64,000 nucleotides of DNA from Cyanophyceae cyanobacterium (GTDB taxonomy: Bacteria > Cyanobacteriota > Cyanobacteriia > Cyanobacteriales > Laspinemataceae). Every line of letters starts with the position of its first letter. Within the stretch, counting starts at the first letter, position 1. The DNA lies in NCBI GenBank assembly GCA_038321985.1, contig JBBQFN010000009.1:32001-96000 (forward strand), in the 5' to 3' direction. Below, in pieces: positions 41,001 to 51,102 of the stretch. The notes beneath the pieces were generated by a model. That model ran no database searches and was not told the DNA's origin. It worked only from the letters and a program-made list of their open reading frames with translations. Position numbers and translations under genes: made by a program.

Positions 41001-41175
41001 AAATATGAGAAAGGCTGCACTTTGATTCTAACCAAAAGCGATCCCCAATGGCAGAAAAAGGGAGTAGGGTAGAGGTTTTTCCCTAGGACTTGCGCACAAT
41101 CCCCAAATTTAGGAGCAGACGGGAGGCCCCTTTCGTCCCCTTCCGGAGGTAGCGCAAAGGCCGGCTAAAAACTAT

Positions 41176-41204
41176 AAACCCGCCCGAGCTCAAGCTAGGG
41201 CGGG
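41176..41204 (-). terminator. Probable terminator downstream of trxA
   Basis: cccgccctagc-ttga-gctcgggcgggttt on the minus strand. Confidence 0.5.
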
Positions 41205-41412
41205 ATAGAATTAGATCCGACAGACTTTACTCAGCGATCGCCAAGTGGATCCGGAGTGGGTCGATTTCAGGTCAAAGACAATTAAGAATCAGGACATAAA
41301 AATTAAAAGGTTCAATTTTTAGTATCCTAAATTCTCAATGTTCAATTTACAACATTTGGTTCTGAAATCTCCTCACAATCCGGTTAGTCAGGGAGTCTCG
41401 ATGGTGAGTCGA

Positions 41413-41742
41413 TTACTTTGCTATATATTTTTCTAAGGTATTTGCCAAAGTTGTCTTTGGTACTGCACCAACCACCATATCCACCCGTTGGCCGCCTTTG
41501 AAAATCATCAAAGTAGGAATGCTTCTGATTCCGTATTGGCTAGCAACGTTAGGGTTTTCGTCGGTATTGACTTTGACAACTTTAACTTGACCTTCGTACT
41601 GTTGGGCGATTTCATCGACAACAGGGGCTACCATTCGGCAAGGTCCGCACCACGGTGCCCAAAAATCGACGAGAACTGGAACCTCGCTATCCAGCACTTC
41701 TTGCTTAAAAGTAGAATCTGTAACCTGTGTGGCTGCTGACAT
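41413..41742 (-). CDS. trxA: Thioredoxin (m-type)
   Basis: [22 protein letters not shown] before ATG 41742. Confidence 0.97.
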   Translation of the reverse strand: MSAATQVTDSTFKQEVLDSEVPVLVDFWAPWCGPCRMVAPVVDEIAQQYEGQVKVVKVNTDENPNVASQYGIRSIPTLMIFKGGQRVDMVVGAVPKTTLANTLEKYIAK

Positions 41743-41940
41743 TGCCCTTGATTCCTTTTCTATAGGGTTTCTCAACGAGTAATTTTACCATCCCAGAAGC
41801 GATCGCCTGTTGTCGGACTTCTGGGCAAGAGGGTAGCACCGGGCTAAATCTCTTAATTAAGTCGATTCAGTGTAGGACGATTGGTTTGGATGTAGATTTT
41901 AGTTTAGTCTATTTTTGGCTTTAAACAAGTTGTTACTCAT

Positions 41941-42010
41941 AAAAAACCGCCCGAACAAAAGTCCGGGCGGAGTGTGGTGTGAGGAGTGAACGGAAACATG
42001 CGTCTCCGCT
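41941..42010 (-). ncRNA. yfr1: Yfr1 small RNA
   Basis: GCGGAGACGCATGTTTCCGT stem, ACTCCTCACAC motif, CCGCCCGGAC...GTTCGGGCGG-T6 terminator, TACAAT -10 at 42018-42023, canonical guaB-trxA position. Confidence 0.95.
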
Positions 42011-42091
42011 ATATTCTATTGTAAGCGACAGATTGCTCTGGTGGGGTAAAATTTGTGCAAAGTTTTACATCCAGATTCTAGACAAGTAGAT

Positions 42092-43255
42092 TTACTTACC
42101 CATGCCAAGTTGCTGTGCTTTTTGATAGACTTTTCCTTCCGTGAGCAAAGAAGGAGCGATCGCCACCTCTACTTGCTGCATTTCCTTGAGGTCCTTCGCC
42201 CCTAACGTCCCCATACTCGTTTTCAGCGCCCCGAGGAGGTTATGAGTCCCATCATCCAAACCTGCCGGACCCCGGAGAATTTGTTCTAAACTCCCGGTAC
42301 TCCCGACCCGAATGCGAGTCCCGCGAGGAAGAAGCGGAGAAGGAGTTGCCATTCCCCAATGATACCCACGTCCAGGAGCCTCAGCAGCCCGAGCAAAGGG
42401 CGACCCAATCATCACCCCATCGGCACCACAGGCAATACATTTACAAATATCTCCCCCGGTGATCAAGCCTCCATCGGCGATAATCGGGATGTAGGTTCCA
42501 GTTTCCCGGTAAAAATTATCCCGTGCAGCAGCACAGTCCGCCACCGCCGTTGCCTGGGGAACCCCAATGCCCAAAACCCCACGAGAAGTACAAGCCGCAC
42601 CGGGCCCAATGCCGACCATAATTGCAGCAGCACCGGCTTTCATCAACTTAAGGCTCACCTCATAGGTGACGCAATTTCCCAAAATAACGGGAATCGGCAT
42701 TTCCTGACAAAATCGTTCCAAGTCCAGAGGGGTAATCGACTCCGGAGATAAGTGATCCGTCGAAACCACCGTCCCTTGGACGAAAAACAAATCGGCTCCT
42801 GCTTTAGCCACCGTTGCGCCATACTGCGCAGCACCTGCGGGAGTCGCACTCACCGCAGCAATCCCGCCTTGGGTCTTAATTTGATGAATACGTTTCTCGA
42901 TTAACTCCGGTTGAATGGGTTTAGCATACAGTTGCTGCATCAGTCCCACAAACTCTTCTTTGCCGACGGATGCAATGCGATCGAGAATTGGCTCAGGATC
43001 TTCATACCGGGTTTGGATGCCTTCCAAATTCAGGACACCCATCGCTCCCAATTGAGAAAGCAAAACTGCCATGCGGACATCGACTACACCATCCATCGCA
43101 CTCGCGATGATGGGAATTTCTCTCTCAATCCCCCCAATGGTCCAGCGCGTATCCGCCAAAGAAGGATCTAGCGTTCTCGTGCCAGGGACTAAGGCAATTT
43201 CATCAATTCCGTATGCCCTGCGAGCTGTTTTGCCGCGCCCAATTTGAATGTCCAC
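42092..43255 (-). CDS. guaB: IMP dehydrogenase (cyanobacterial GuaB3-type)
   Basis: [28 protein letters not shown]. Confidence 0.93.
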   Translation of the reverse strand: MDIQIGRGKTARRAYGIDEIALVPGTRTLDPSLADTRWTIGGIEREIPIIASAMDGVVDVRMAVLLSQLGAMGVLNLEGIQTRYEDPEPILDRIASVGKEEFVGLMQQLYAKPIQPELIEKRIHQIKTQGGIAAVSATPAGAAQYGATVAKAGADLFFVQGTVVSTDHLSPESITPLDLERFCQEMPIPVILGNCVTYEVSLKLMKAGAAAIMVGIGPGAACTSRGVLGIGVPQATAVADCAAARDNFYRETGTYIPIIADGGLITGGDICKCIACGADGVMIGSPFARAAEAPGRGYHWGMATPSPLLPRGTRIRVGSTGSLEQILRGPAGLDDGTHNLLGALKTSMGTLGAKDLKEMQQVEVAIAPSLLTEGKVYQKAQQLGMGK

Positions 43256-43441
43256 TGCTTCTATCCGTTCCCAAAACTATTTATGCTAGACTATCAAATT
43301 TACAGGCAAACTGACCTGGAGTTGCCACAGAGTTTTTAAATTAGAGACTGGGGAGAGTCGGCTTTTATCCTTTGGCCCTCATCCTGGGGGCAGGAACTCT
43401 ACAATAATAATAGATAGAAAGTTTATAAAACTTAAAGGATC

Positions 43442-43819
43442 ATGAAGCTGAAACGGATCGGACATATAGCTATTCGGGTAACCGACCTCGATCGCGCGGT
43501 GCACTTTTACCATAATTTAGGAATGACCGTGGTCTGGAAGGATCCTGATTGGGCCTATTTAAAAGCAGGAGAGGATGGATTGGCACTGCTGAGTCCCAGT
43601 TACCAACACGCTGGACCCCATTTTGGCTTTGTCTTCAGCGATCGCGCCGAAATCCAGTCTGCCTACGACCGCCTCAAAGCCGAAGGGGCCGACGTCCGTG
43701 AAATCCATGATCACCGGGATGGAACTGCCTCATTTTACGGCAAGGACCCGGATGGGAATTGGTTTGAATATCTTTATGAACCCACGGCGATCAATCAACC
43801 CGCCCGGACTACACATTAA
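43442..43819 (+). CDS. VOC / glyoxalase family protein
   Basis: IGHIAIRV, HFGF, DPDGNWFE. Confidence 0.9.
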   Translation: MKLKRIGHIAIRVTDLDRAVHFYHNLGMTVVWKDPDWAYLKAGEDGLALLSPSYQHAGPHFGFVFSDRAEIQSAYDRLKAEGADVREIHDHRDGTASFYGKDPDGNWFEYLYEPTAINQPARTTH

Positions 43820-43827
43820 TTATTCTC

Positions 43828-43870
43828 ACTTTGTCTCACAGATGGAGTTTGCCATGCTGTGAGATAAAGT
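43828..43870 (+). terminator. Stem-loop after VOC gene
   Basis: actttgtctcacag-atgg...ccat-g-ctgtgagataaagt; no T tract. Confidence 0.45.
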
Positions 43871-43967
43871 CATGTCTTTACAAATTTTTCAAGCGCGCCA
43901 CGACTTCATGCAACAGACCAGAAACTGAGGTATGATACTCTTAAATAAACTTCGCCTATAAAAACTG

Positions 43968-44534
43968 ATGTCTTTGACCATTGAACACTTAAAAAACTTG
44001 CAATCAAAACTCCAAAATGATTCCAGTGATTACCAGATAGAATTACGCGAGGGAAAGCTGATTGTCATGGGTCCATCAGATATTGTATCCAGCTACATTG
44101 GTGCACAGTTGAGCTTTCTCATCAATCTCTGGGTGAATCCTCGTCGCCTGGGGTTAGTTTTTGACTCTAGCGGGGGGTTCATTCTCCCGAATGCAGATTT
44201 AACGGCCCCGAATGTTTCGTATGTCTCGCGATCGCGAATGCCTCGCACAGTCCGCTATTTTAGCGAAGTCGTTCCAGATTTGGTGGTAGAAATCAAATCT
44301 CAAAGCGATCGTATTACAAAACTGCGAGAAAAAATTCAGATGTTTCTGGAACAAGGGGTTAAAGTGGGTATTTTAATTGACCCCGATGAATTAACTGTTA
44401 CCCTTTATCGCCCCAATCAAACCCCCATCGTTTTTACAGACACCGAAACCCTGACACTGCCCGAATTGCTTCCGGGATGGGAATTACAAATTTCTGATTT
44501 ATGGCCCCCAGTGTTTGATGAAAATGGAGATTAA
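43968..44534 (+). CDS. Uma2 family (DUF820) protein
   Basis: DSSGGFILP, PDLVVEIKS, LIDP, LLPGW. The usual PD dipeptide reads PN (APNVSY). Confidence 0.9.
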   Translation: MSLTIEHLKNLQSKLQNDSSDYQIELREGKLIVMGPSDIVSSYIGAQLSFLINLWVNPRRLGLVFDSSGGFILPNADLTAPNVSYVSRSRMPRTVRYFSEVVPDLVVEIKSQSDRITKLREKIQMFLEQGVKVGILIDPDELTVTLYRPNQTPIVFTDTETLTLPELLPGWELQISDLWPPVFDENGD

Positions 44535-44574
44535 AAGAAGGTGAAGTTATCGGGATAGGCGCTGGGTAGGTCAC

Positions 44575-44988
44575 TCAAAATGGATTGATGAGGCGGGTTT
44601 TCTGATCAATGAGTTGATTAGCTTGCATATCCTCGGAATATAAACTATCACAATCATGCTGCAAGGCTGTCGCAATCACCAAGCTATCCCAATAGGTATA
44701 ACCATATTTTAAATTAATCTCTAAAGCTGCCATTACTTTTAGAGTATCTATTTCTACTACGGTAAAATTGGTCACCATTTCTTGAATAATCTGTTTAGCT
44801 TCATTTTTGGGTTTCAATTTCTTTTTGGTGAGAACATTCTAGAGTTCCCCCAAAATTTGAGTGCTAATAATAATTGACGCAAAGTTATCATTAACTATGT
44901 CTTGAGCTTTGGCCGACTTTTCGGAGGGACTTTGACCCCAAAGATAAACCCAGATATTAGTATCTAATAATATGGCATTACCTTTCAT
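44575..44988 (-). pseudogene. PIN (VapC-like) toxin interrupted by one in-frame TAG
   Basis: LLDTNIWVY...STQILGEL*NVLTKK...YWDSLVIATA...LYSEDM...INPF; TAG at 44839-44841; both halves in the same frame. Confidence 0.85.
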
Positions 44989-45193
44989 ACAACTCATCCC
45001 GATTGAATTGATAATCATCAGGTAGGTCGAAAGAATGTTGCTTGACAAAATCAAAAAATCGCTGTTTTTTGACTGCCAGTTCATTGTCCTCAAATACCAT
45101 TACCTGAAAGGTTTTTCCTTCAAATTCCTCGCTCAATTTTTCATCCAGGACCAGATGTCCGTCTTTGCAGGTAGCTTTTAATATTTTATACAT
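44978..45193 (-). CDS. Putative antitoxin upstream of PIN toxin
   Basis: 71 aa, LKATCKDGHLVL beta-rich N-terminus, FNRDELYER C-terminus, overlaps the toxin start by 11 bp. Confidence 0.8.
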   Translation of the reverse strand: MYKILKATCKDGHLVLDEKLSEEFEGKTFQVMVFEDNELAVKKQRFFDFVKQHSFDLPDDYQFNRDELYER

Positions 45194-45376
45194 ACACTAT
45201 ACTCTTCATTGAAAAAGGCTGGTTAAATTATTGGCAAGAGGTTTCAAAATTTATTCATCAATATTTTAACCCATATTGGCTCCAAAAGCAAGGGAACGTG
45301 AAGATTTAATCATGGGCGATCGCCTAACAATCAAGAACCTAAGTTTCCCAGGTAAATCCGCGTCAATTTCACCGGA

Positions 45377-46300
45377 TTAAATCGAACGACTTTGGGGGTC
45401 TAGGGCGTCGCGTAATCCATCACCGATATAATTAATACTACTAACTGTGATAAAAATAGCCAGTCCTGGAAAAATGGCTTGATGGGGTGAGGTTTGTAAG
45501 TAATCCCGGGCATCATAAAGCATTCGTCCCCAGGTGGGAACGTCGGGGGGAAATCCTAATCCGAAAAAACTAAGAGTGGATTCAGTAATAATGGCATTCC
45601 CGATCGCCAGGGTGGCGGCAACGATTACGGGACCGATAATATTCGGTAAAATATGAATCCAAATAATCCGCCGGGGTGAGGCACCCAAGGCACGCGCTGC
45701 TGTTACAAAATCTAACTGTTTAACTGTTAAAAATCCCGCGCGAACCAGTCTAGCGACAGACATCCAGGTGAGGGAACCAATAACCAGAACAACGAGGATA
45801 AAAATCCCCAATTCTGGCCCAGCAACTGCCCGAATTGGATTACGAAATAGGTAGACGACTAGCAGGAGTAAGGGTAACTGAGGCAGGGCTAGAAATAAAT
45901 CGGTCAACCGCATCAGTAAGGCATCAACTGCACCGCCATAAAATCCGGCAACTGCACCGATAAGAACACCGACTGATATAGCAACAAGCATGGCGGTTAC
46001 TCCAACAGCGATCGAGATTCGTCCTCCGGATAACATTCGGGCTAAAATATCTTGACCCAGGGAATTGGTGCCAAAGGGATGATTCCAACTCGGACCCATT
46101 GATGAATGACTGAAATCAATTTCATCAATGGCGGCGGTATAAAAGAAAGGACCGAAGATAACGCACAGGAGGAGAATAGCCAGGGCGATCGCACCCAAAA
46201 CCGCCATTTTATCCTGATAAAATCTCTGCCCTGCTTTTCTGCTTAAATTGGGCGTGAAATGTGGAGTTAGTTCAGTTTGTATCGGGTTAAAATTTGACAT
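45377..46300 (-). CDS. Peptide/nickel ABC transporter permease (DppC/OppC-like)
   Basis: HPFGTNSLGQD, ARALGAS EAA loop, GDGLRDALDP. Confidence 0.93.
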   Translation of the reverse strand: MSNFNPIQTELTPHFTPNLSRKAGQRFYQDKMAVLGAIALAILLLCVIFGPFFYTAAIDEIDFSHSSMGPSWNHPFGTNSLGQDILARMLSGGRISIAVGVTAMLVAISVGVLIGAVAGFYGGAVDALLMRLTDLFLALPQLPLLLLVVYLFRNPIRAVAGPELGIFILVVLVIGSLTWMSVARLVRAGFLTVKQLDFVTAARALGASPRRIIWIHILPNIIGPVIVAATLAIGNAIITESTLSFFGLGFPPDVPTWGRMLYDARDYLQTSPHQAIFPGLAIFITVSSINYIGDGLRDALDPQSRSI

Positions 46301-46345
46301 AATTGGAACAAAATGATTAGATTAAATGATTAATTTAGCGCTGGA

Positions 46346-47308
46346 TTATGAATAATATTTCACTCTCGGGTCTAACACAGCATAAAGTAAATCGGCTGCT
46401 AAATTAAAAATTACAATTAATACCGCATATATAAACGTAATTGCCATGACCACGGGGGTATCACTCCGATAAATGGAATCAATTAACAGAGAACCGATTC
46501 CTGGCACGCGAAACACTTGTTCTGTGACTAATGCGCCGGTAAATACAGCGGGAATATCTAAGGCAACCAGGGTAACTACAGGAATCAAGGCATTGCGTAA
46601 AACGTGCCGCCTGATTACGCTAAACTTAGATAAACCTTTGGCGTAAGCTGTGCGGACATATTGCTGATACAGTTGTTCTAAAATAGAGGACCGGATAAAC
46701 CGCATTAAAATCGCCGCTTGATACAGTCCTAAAACAGAAATGGGCATAATAGACTGTTTTATTTGGTCGATAAAACTATTCCAATCGGTTACCGTTAAGG
46801 TGCTATTATAGATGAAGGGAAACCAGTTAAGTTGAACACTGAAAATAATGATAAACAGCACTCCAGTGAAAAAGGTGGGCAGAGAAAACCATAAAAAGGC
46901 AAAGGTGGTGGCGATTTTATCTATTAAAGAGTAGCGATTGAGGGCGGAGATAATGCCGAGGGGAAAAGCGACTAATATGCCGAACAAATAGGCAGAACCA
47001 ACGACCCATAATGTGGTGGGTAACCGTTGCAGAATTAAGTCAATAACGGGACTGCGACTGGTAAAAGAGTATCCCATATCTCCGGTAAAAAAGGCGAAAG
47101 CCCATTTCAAATATCGGATATGAATCGGTTGGTCCAATCCAAAGGAACGGCGTAGATTTTCCCGCACTTCGGCGGTGATTGCGGGGTTAGTGGCAAATTC
47201 TCCTAAAGGGTCTCCAGGTGCTAACGCTAGAATGGTAAAAATGACGAGACTAATGGCAATTAAGGTGGGAATGGAAATCAGCAGGCGTTTCAATAAATAG
47301 GTTTTCAT
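46346..47308 (-). CDS. Peptide/nickel ABC transporter permease (DppB/OppB-like)
   Basis: APGDP, GDMGYS, TAYAKGL, HVLRNA, DPRV. Confidence 0.93.
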   Translation of the reverse strand: MKTYLLKRLLISIPTLIAISLVIFTILALAPGDPLGEFATNPAITAEVRENLRRSFGLDQPIHIRYLKWAFAFFTGDMGYSFTSRSPVIDLILQRLPTTLWVVGSAYLFGILVAFPLGIISALNRYSLIDKIATTFAFLWFSLPTFFTGVLFIIIFSVQLNWFPFIYNSTLTVTDWNSFIDQIKQSIMPISVLGLYQAAILMRFIRSSILEQLYQQYVRTAYAKGLSKFSVIRRHVLRNALIPVVTLVALDIPAVFTGALVTEQVFRVPGIGSLLIDSIYRSDTPVVMAITFIYAVLIVIFNLAADLLYAVLDPRVKYYS

Positions 47309-47370
47309 ACGCACAAGAGTCCTGAGTTTTAATCAACTGAAAATAGTTCAGTTCAAACCCGCTTCAGTTG

Positions 47371-49119
47371 CTATTTCCGCCGCCATTGGTGGATGTTCCA
47401 AACGACTCGATCCCACGAGGTTAGTTCAACTCCTTCTAAACTATTGCTAACGGCGATCGCATCGGCGCGATGGACTAAGGGAATTACTGCCACATCCTGT
47501 ACTAATAAATCATTCATTTGAATAAATAATTTCCCCCGAGTTTCTGGGTTGAGTTCCGTGGTGGACTGTTGCCAGAGTTGGTCATATTCCGGATTGCAAT
47601 AGCGCGACGTATTGCTACCCGACCAACTATTTTCAGGGCGTGCTATTTCCCCGCAAGTGAAAGTTTGAAGGTAGCGGGTGGGGTCGGGGGAGGTATTGCC
47701 GGTGGTGACCATTTGCAGGTCAGCATAAAACCGATTGAGGGAATCCGTATTTGATGGATCGCCGGAGAAAAAGATACTGGCATCAATACTTTTGATTTCT
47801 ACTTCTACGCCGAGGGTGCGGAAGTTTTGTTTAATGATTTCTTGGGTTTTCTGACGAACAGGGTTGACAGAAGTTTGAAAGAGGACGCGCATTTCTAACC
47901 CATTTTTATCCCGGATACCATTACTATTAGTATCGCGCCAACCTGCTTGTTCTAGTAACGTTGCTGCTTTTTCCAGATTAAATTCATATTGTGTATTGGG
48001 AGAAAGATAGGTTTCTGGAGAGACTAGAAAATTAGGGGTGGGAGTGCCAGTAACACCATAGAGTTGCTGAGAAATGGTGTCGCGATCGATCGCCAGGTTG
48101 AATGCCTGTCGAACTTGGCGATCGCTGAAGAAGGGATGGGGGAATTCTAAACTAGCGCGATCGCCTGCTGCAGTTGCACGATTGGGGTCGGTTTGATTCA
48201 GTTGAATCCGTTCGCTTAACGGACCAAAAATTGCCATAACTTGTCCTTGTCCCCCCGCTTCTAATTGTTCTAAAACTTGGGGTTCCACTTGCAAACCATA
48301 GGCATAATCCGCATCGCCCGTTTGTAAAACCGCCCTCGCTGCCGAGGTGGAATCTCCCCCGCCTTTGAGTTCAATTCGCTGAAAATAGAGGTCTTCTGCT
48401 TCTCGAAAATAGGGATTTGCTTCATAAACCACCGTATCCCCGGGTCGAAATTCAACGACGCGATAAGGACCCGTTCCCACAGGTAATAGATTACCCGGTG
48501 CTTGTCGAGAATTTGCGCCGGTATAATCGGCAAAAAAATGTTGGGGTAAAATCATCCCTTCGGAACCGACAAAAGGTAAAAACCAACCGGGATTAACCGC
48601 CTTAAAATTAACTTTAACGGTTAGGGGGTCAACAGCTTCTACTGAGGCGATCGCATCATAATTAGAAGAACTCGCCGAAGCAGTTTCAGGATTAGAAATA
48701 AATTCATAAGTAAACACCACATCAGCGGAAGTGAAGGGAGTGCCATCGGACCATTGTATATCTGGTTTGAGTTTCCAGGTTACCGATAACCCATCTGCCG
48801 CTACTCCGCCATTTTCCAGAGTGGGAACTTCTGCCGCCAAGACGGGGATTAACTCCCCTTGATTATTAAATGTTGCCAGGGGTTCTAACGTAATTCGACT
48901 TGCTTCCCAATCCTTGAACCCCACAGACAGATGAGGATTGAGAATAGTTGGCGCTTGCCAGTAGAGTAAGCGGAGAACATCCGATTGTTGGATCTGGCGG
49001 GTTGGGTTCGTCCCGCATCCAGATAACAGGGATGCAGCGAGCACAGGTAGCGCCAACAGTGGCATAATCAATCGACGGCGATCGCGCTTCTGATTCAAAG
49101 TTTCCCTCCCAGTGACCAT
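47371..49119 (-). CDS. Peptide ABC transporter substrate-binding lipoprotein (family 5)
   Basis: LSGC lipobox, WSDGTPFTSADVVFT, GTGPY. Confidence 0.93.
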   Translation of the reverse strand: MVTGRETLNQKRDRRRLIMPLLALPVLAASLLSGCGTNPTRQIQQSDVLRLLYWQAPTILNPHLSVGFKDWEASRITLEPLATFNNQGELIPVLAAEVPTLENGGVAADGLSVTWKLKPDIQWSDGTPFTSADVVFTYEFISNPETASASSSNYDAIASVEAVDPLTVKVNFKAVNPGWFLPFVGSEGMILPQHFFADYTGANSRQAPGNLLPVGTGPYRVVEFRPGDTVVYEANPYFREAEDLYFQRIELKGGGDSTSAARAVLQTGDADYAYGLQVEPQVLEQLEAGGQGQVMAIFGPLSERIQLNQTDPNRATAAGDRASLEFPHPFFSDRQVRQAFNLAIDRDTISQQLYGVTGTPTPNFLVSPETYLSPNTQYEFNLEKAATLLEQAGWRDTNSNGIRDKNGLEMRVLFQTSVNPVRQKTQEIIKQNFRTLGVEVEIKSIDASIFFSGDPSNTDSLNRFYADLQMVTTGNTSPDPTRYLQTFTCGEIARPENSWSGSNTSRYCNPEYDQLWQQSTTELNPETRGKLFIQMNDLLVQDVAVIPLVHRADAIAVSNSLEGVELTSWDRVVWNIHQWRRK

Positions 49120-49716
49120 TTAAGTCTCTACACTATCAAGAAACCGAGATTTTGTCCGTGGATCACCGGGACTGGTGTTTTGGGGGACCGCGCGTAATGC
49201 CGGATCAGTCATCCCAGAGGAAGGACCCGGGCCCCCGAACCCCGAACCCGTGACCCCCAAACGGCGATCGCACTCACCACCAAAGCGATCGCAGTTTGAC
49301 GACGGGGTGAAGTGCGATCGCTTTTGTCTCCAGTATACTGCCACCATAACAGAACCCAGCTCACTCCACAACAAAAATAACTATCAATATACAGTTTAAT
49401 TAAATTGGGGATCTTGTCCATCTCGCCACTCCTGGTTATTTTCTCCCGAGTTACCAAAGTCCCCCGGATGTGGGAATTCTCCAAAGACTCCTCAAAACCG
49501 GATAGTTTTCAACCCTTTGGTACAGCGGAATATGGGGCGGTATTTATTTGTATTAACAATCCGAGTCCCTTTCCCAAATAGGCAAAGTTTTTACAGCCCG
49601 AGGAAGGGTCGCTTCTGAATAATGCTACACTCAGAGATTAATCACTGGGCGCAAAATGTGGCACACTCAGGAGACCCGATTGGTATTCAAGTCCCTAAAC
49701 CGGATGGCAAACACCC

Positions 49717-51081
49717 ATGCAGCAAGACTTTCTTGAAAACTCCCCTGTAGCGTCCCTGCTAACTAAGGTGCTCAAGTCCCCTCTGTCTCCCGAAAGTTCT
49801 CGCGATGCTGAATATATAGCATGGCGGGACCGTTTTATGCGGAAACGTCTGGATGTGGGATTATGGATTGGTTTGATTGCTTTTTTGAGTTCGAGTTTAC
49901 TGCAAGTGAGCAATTTGTTGTTTCGTCCGGAAGAATTTATGCCGGACTGGTTGCGATCGCAGGTAAGTATTGAACTCACTTTACTTTTATGTTTCTTACT
50001 TCAGCATAGCAAACTCGGTCGCCGCTATCCTAGTTTGGTGTTTATGACCTTTTATTGGGCGGTTACTGTTGTTCCCCAAGTTCAGTTTACTCTGTCTGGA
50101 GTGGCTAAACCGGATCTCTTAATCTGGACTGTGATGTTTTTCGGTCAAGCGACGTTTACTCCGGTTCGTTGGTATCTCCATTTAGGGGCTCAAATTGGGG
50201 TATTCTTATACTATTTTGTCGTAAATTTAGCGTTAGGTGTGCGGTTAGCTACCCCAACGGATTGGTTGACTCCTTCGGTGTTAGTTTTGTATTTTTTCTG
50301 GGTTTGTTTTATTGGCAACCTGTCGGTTTATTTATACGAGAAGTTACAAAAAGCAGAGTTTAAAGCCCGCTGGGATTTAGAGGAGGCTTATGCACAACTA
50401 GAGGAGGAACAGAAACTCTCCGAAAGTTTACTGTTAAATATTTTACCCCATTCGATCGCAACTCGGTTGAAGCAAAACCCCAAAAATCTGGCGGATAGTT
50501 ACACGGATGTTTCTGTTTTATTTGCGGATATTGTGGGGTTTACGGAACTGTCTTCTCATATTTCCCCTAGGGCTTTGGTTGAGTTGCTCAATCAAATTTT
50601 CTCGGATTTTGATGCGCTGGCGGAGGTGCATCAATTGGAAAAAATTAAAACGATTGGGGATGCCTATATGGTAGTCTCAGGGTTGCCCGAACCTCGGGAT
50701 GATCATGCTCAAGCGATCGCAGATATGGCGTTGGATATGCAGCGGGCAATCGCCACTTTTAATAACAAAACTGGGCAAAATTTTCGCATCCGTATCGGCA
50801 TCGCCACGGGTCCAGTGATCGCCGGGGTGATTGGTATTAAAAAATTTATTTATGATTTGTGGGGAGATACAGTTAATATTGCCTCTCGAATGGAGTCTCA
50901 CGGGATTCCGGGGGCCATTCAAGTCACCCGGGAAACCTACCAGTTTTTGAAAGATGAGTATTTGTTTCAGGAACGGGGGAAGGTTTTTATCAAGGGGAAA
51001 GGAGAAATGACTACCTATTTATTGACCGGAAAAAATCCTCTATTTATTGACAAAAAAAGCCCAGAATCTTCAACTTCTTAA
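49717..51081 (+). CDS. Membrane-bound class III adenylate cyclase
   Basis: Multi-TM N-terminus; FADIVGFT, KIKTIGD, YDLWGDTVNIASRMES (K/D pair typical of ATP specificity). Confidence 0.92.
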   Translation: MQQDFLENSPVASLLTKVLKSPLSPESSRDAEYIAWRDRFMRKRLDVGLWIGLIAFLSSSLLQVSNLLFRPEEFMPDWLRSQVSIELTLLLCFLLQHSKLGRRYPSLVFMTFYWAVTVVPQVQFTLSGVAKPDLLIWTVMFFGQATFTPVRWYLHLGAQIGVFLYYFVVNLALGVRLATPTDWLTPSVLVLYFFWVCFIGNLSVYLYEKLQKAEFKARWDLEEAYAQLEEEQKLSESLLLNILPHSIATRLKQNPKNLADSYTDVSVLFADIVGFTELSSHISPRALVELLNQIFSDFDALAEVHQLEKIKTIGDAYMVVSGLPEPRDDHAQAIADMALDMQRAIATFNNKTGQNFRIRIGIATGPVIAGVIGIKKFIYDLWGDTVNIASRMESHGIPGAIQVTRETYQFLKDEYLFQERGKVFIKGKGEMTTYLLTGKNPLFIDKKSPESSTS

Positions 51082-51102
51082 ATCTCCAATAGTTCAGCAT
51101 AA

